Source of the DNA: a virus
Virus record (IMG/VR): IMGVR_UViG_3300013117_000371
Reading direction: 5' to 3' (one strand)
DNA: 64,000 bases
Numbering within the stretch: position 1 is the first letter of the stretch; each line of letters opens with the position of its first letter. Under the pieces are notes generated by a model. It did not search any database. It was not told where the DNA came from and saw nothing but the letters and a program-made list of their open reading frames with translations. Position numbers and translations under genes: made by a program. This document shows, piece after piece, positions 62,201 through 64,000 of the stretch.

Positions 62201-64000
62201 GCCGCCCCAGCCTCAGTCATTCCTTCCCACAGCTTCCCCCCGAATGAGTACTGCGGTTCGGCCATGCCTCCCACGGCAGCGTACTCAGAGGGAGTAGCGG
62301 CAAATGCGAACATGGGATCGACCGACGTAGCAAACTGCCCACCGGCAACCAGACCCCCTCCGCCGCCGCCCAGCCCAAACTCGCCCATGAGGGCCGTACT
62401 CATAGTAGACTGCGCTCCTGTCATCGTGGGGCCGCCGAAAGCTCCCGCTAAGGCATCCGGAGGGAGCAAGGACCCCATCAGACCGCCACTCCCGAACTCA
62501 CCACTTAAAGAAGGCAGCCCCATCGGTGAGGCGAAAGCAGCAGCAGCGGCAGGGCTGCCGCTAATGGTTGCCTGCATCCCCCGCCAGAAGTTCCCAGTGG
62601 GTAAGCCCCGCATGGCCCGATTCATGACGTCGTCGAAGGACTTAGAGACGTAGGACGTCTGAGTGTTGATCATCTGGTCGAGGTACTTGTTAATGTAACC
62701 CGTCACTCGCTGGTTGAGCTGTGCCCCGAAGTCCTGAAGTCTCTTTTCGAGGGGGCCCAGTAACTGCTTACGTATCCGCCCCACGATCATCCCCGGGCTC
62801 ATCACCTGGCCGCGAACCTGCTCTTTGAGCTGCCCCATTTGGCGCACCAGGCCCTCCTGGAGGCTTGACCGTCCCAGCTCCCCAAGGTTGGTGGTGACCT
62901 GGCGCAGCATGGATACTTCCTCTTGCCCGAGACCGGTGAGGGCACGCATCCCAGTGACCGGGTCGGTTCCTGCCTGCTGGGCGTACACACCCCCCATCCG
63001 CTGGACCAGCTCGGACGGGTCCATGGAGCCCATCATCTGCCCCATCAAGTTTGACTGGTTGGCAGCGAAGGAGGACAAGAAACCCTTTCGAGACAAGTTC
63101 TTTCGGGCCATTTTTCGGAGGTCTTTCCAGTTCAGCCCGCCGCTGCGAAACTGCGCCATGCGGGCAGTGTCCAGGCCCCCACTGCGATCCATCAAGGCAG
63201 CCATGACGGTCTGCCCCAGCTCGCTTTGCAGCGCCAAGGGGGCGGCCTGCATCATCCGCATGGCCAGGTTGGGGGCGCCCTGCGAGACGGACATGCCCGT
63301 GATTTCCTGAACTCGTTCCCCCGAGATCAGCCCGGAACGAGCTGCTTGGGCTATTCCGGTAGCTAACTGCGTCGCTTGCAGCGCCCCTGTCGCTCGGCGA
63401 GTACCGAACATGGAGGCCTGTTGGCTGCCGGCCAACCCCACCTGCATGAGAGTGGCCGAGTCTATCCCGGTCCCCGCCGCTCGAAAGTGAGTACCGGTGA
63501 CATACGCCGCCTGGTCGCCGGTCTTGAAGAAGCCCATCCCCGCAGTTTGCTTCATCGTAGCGTAGGCATCGGCCAAACTGGTACGGAGTACGCCCGCTAC
63601 GGTTTTTGTCTCGTCCAACAACTTCCGGAACTTAGCTGAGAATTCCTTAGCAGTCCCAGCGCCTCGATACTCCTGCCCGATCCCTGTGGCGTACAGGAGT
63701 TGAGAAGCGTCCCGGAACCTCCCGGACGTGTCCTGACCCCTGTGAGCATAGTCCATCATGACATTACGGACGCCGCCGAAGTCTTGCGCCCCGAACGAAC
63801 CGCGCATGCCGATATGGGGGCGAATGGCCTGGATAATGTCTGCTGTGTGCCCGTACTGCCCGGCGCCCACGCCGATCTGCTGCCCGGCCCAGTTCACCCC
63901 GGCTAAGCCGGCAATGGTCGGAGCGGCAAACGCTGCGGCACCTATAGCTCCGCCCAGGACCCCACGGGCGATGCCCATGGGGCCTCGACGAGCATACAGG
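59254..64000 (-). CDS. Tape measure protein, 5'-truncated by the window edge (at least 1581 aa)
   Basis: Frame stays open from 63999 (LYARRGP before M63978); Gly/Ala/Met-rich helical composition; canonical position upstream of tube initiator and hub. Confidence 0.8.
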   Translation of the reverse strand, partial: LYARRGPMGIARGVLGGAIGAAAFAAPTIAGLAGVNWAGQQIGVGAGQYGHTADIIQAIRPHIGMRGSFGAQDFGGVRNVMMDYAHRGQDTSGRFRDASQLLYATGIGQEYRGAGTAKEFSAKFRKLLDETKTVAGVLRTSLADAYATMKQTAGMGFFKTGDQAAYVTGTHFRAAGTGIDSATLMQVGLAGSQQASMFGTRRATGALQATQLATGIAQAARSGLISGERVQEITGMSVSQGAPNLAMRMMQAAPLALQSELGQTVMAALMDRSGGLDTARMAQFRSGGLNWKDLRKMARKNLSRKGFLSSFAANQSNLMGQMMGSMDPSELVQRMGGVYAQQAGTDPVTGMRALTGLGQEEVSMLRQVTTNLGELGRSSLQEGLVRQMGQLKEQVRGQVMSPGMIVGRIRKQLLGPLEKRLQDFGAQLNQRVTGYINKYLDQMINTQTSYVSKSFDDVMNRAMRGLPTGNFWRGMQATISGSPAAAAAFASPMGLPSLSGEFGSGGLMGSLLPPDALAGAFGGPTMTGAQSTMSTALMGEFGLGGGGGGLVAGGQFATSVDPMFAFAATPSEYAAVGGMAEPQYSFGGKLWEGMTEAGAAIGGFAGGAVGGDVGEWAGSGLGRVGALGAHPVYGRAVRGAFGRAGAVVGRGLTPMRYFKGGRFMGGGARAAKGGQWAFRGLAGERGILAPFLQGSRYGGGGIGASLRGGMGEVGKWAKGTGAYRGGRAVLRGAGKLPVVGTALDVGKMGLGMGKAGMGVGGGAMALGRGLLKWGGVAAVGLTTAADLYAYHQRHAAFEEALGSRSGMEAVIAQMSRTGYNLRQADEDVSGFLGQFNLSGRKVGLRRAGFTDYAKMAAYSALLSPGELIGGQDFRETLMQGLDIARPGEMEGMQKFAVGGETYYAFSDDDDSFQKVKNAVRGMGTIAPPATAGKPPWWLGGFTKEAGVAARTAAVDQEVAISHRRVSDQELARTSRDLGVDVYHSSAEVILYQDIAMSRSDHDVIKQFLVDARAGNAGAMSRMKGYLEGSPQMIKLAQTLAGTPDWKAAHWEAFEKLELLSGGKLQAPSGYAPAQDLTDIPDLPRWAQSLKGHAAAQFGQGFRRGTGAPPTKADTYHATMRKLGAPEGITAEEIVGARGFTREALARGMLQEMSLVVDPSKARRGSRGSVGEHALEQQIKKAWDPLAISRSGFRRKLSALGDEIMRMKGAEVAGKPVDDRTYRAMMKEMAMYTTKEVTRGVMSPLFEGDPQYGGMVRGTAGLRASRLHGLAELGKVAEYYKVEDRWYEQAGTIKERWKKNKMRDQLRYILPAGNIRGALEKYIDEFPAALSAGKEALTKSLSQDVLAQIDQAGASELEELSRIFASDPLLSAQFGRYTNQMLAIETGWTRRRKPKAVLERFEGMAGMAVWGDLKKWERDVMKGGGRLWTVQAKIAEELQKSYRFEGSRGEGLTKAHEIAGMMIKAMGAKTSDEQRKQARSVAAALRKFTRHPMGAGVAGEQGEVGDLGKLIAMLESSEAEKGKLIDLFKDGTAQFTMSQAGMESLGKELAAALKAGGRGGGLHISLGGAPSKDNQDAEGAGH

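Larger units (their letters stand above)
1..64000. mobile_element. Segment of a large tailed dsDNA bacteriophage genome (probable myovirus)
   Basis: Dense, overlapping/coupled genes in two convergent blocks; phage replication set (PolA, DnaB, primase, RecA, resolvases), baseplate J/gp25/hub/tape measure module, many small hypothetical genes; no host housekeeping operons. Integrated versus free state cannot be determined. Confidence 0.95.

Noticed and set aside
1-64000. Stop-codon reassignment as seen in some large phages
   Set aside because: Genes are full-length and tightly coupled under the standard code, and TAA, TAG and TGA all terminate well-supported genes.

Overview
This window is a contiguous 64-kb segment of a large, GC-rich (roughly 60% by eye) tailed dsDNA phage genome, probably a myovirus given the baseplate wedge, gp25-like and hub genes. 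No host housekeeping operons, rRNA, convincing tRNA or CRISPR array are visible, and no terminase, portal or major capsid gene falls in the window. There are two convergent blocks. The + strand block (1-32679) has about 20 small early-type hypothetical genes (1-8165), a RuvC-like resolvase, two orphan virion-like genes, an inverted-repeat-rich intergenic region at about 11.5 kb, and then khpA, an SLT-like gene and a full replication/recombination set: an intein-containing SF2 helicase, family-4 UDG, DnaB-like helicase, primase, putative SSB, family A DNA polymerase, RecA, Hjc-like resolvase, Cas4-like exonuclease and a UvsY-like protein. It ends with a Ycf46-AAA/DUF1257/DUF2997/DUF3150/HTH cassette. 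The - strand block (32763-64000) is the tail/baseplate module: very large fibre and wedge proteins, a sigma-factor-like gene and a 5'-truncated tape measure protein. All family calls come from motif recognition by eye, not database searches. The most unusual items are: (1) small early proteins built from shuffled modules, including a 35-aa Cys/His C-terminal module (...CCWDERLRSTE) kept under protein-level selection in two unrelated genes; (2) the phage-borne Ycf46/DUF1257/DUF2997/DUF3150 cassette, preceded by a start-less acidic reading frame overlapping a predicted pseudoknot; (3) phage khpA translationally coupled to an SLT-like gene; (4) an origin-like cruciform/G-rich region; (5) a sigma factor and a lone antisense zinc-ribbon gene inside the baseplate operon.
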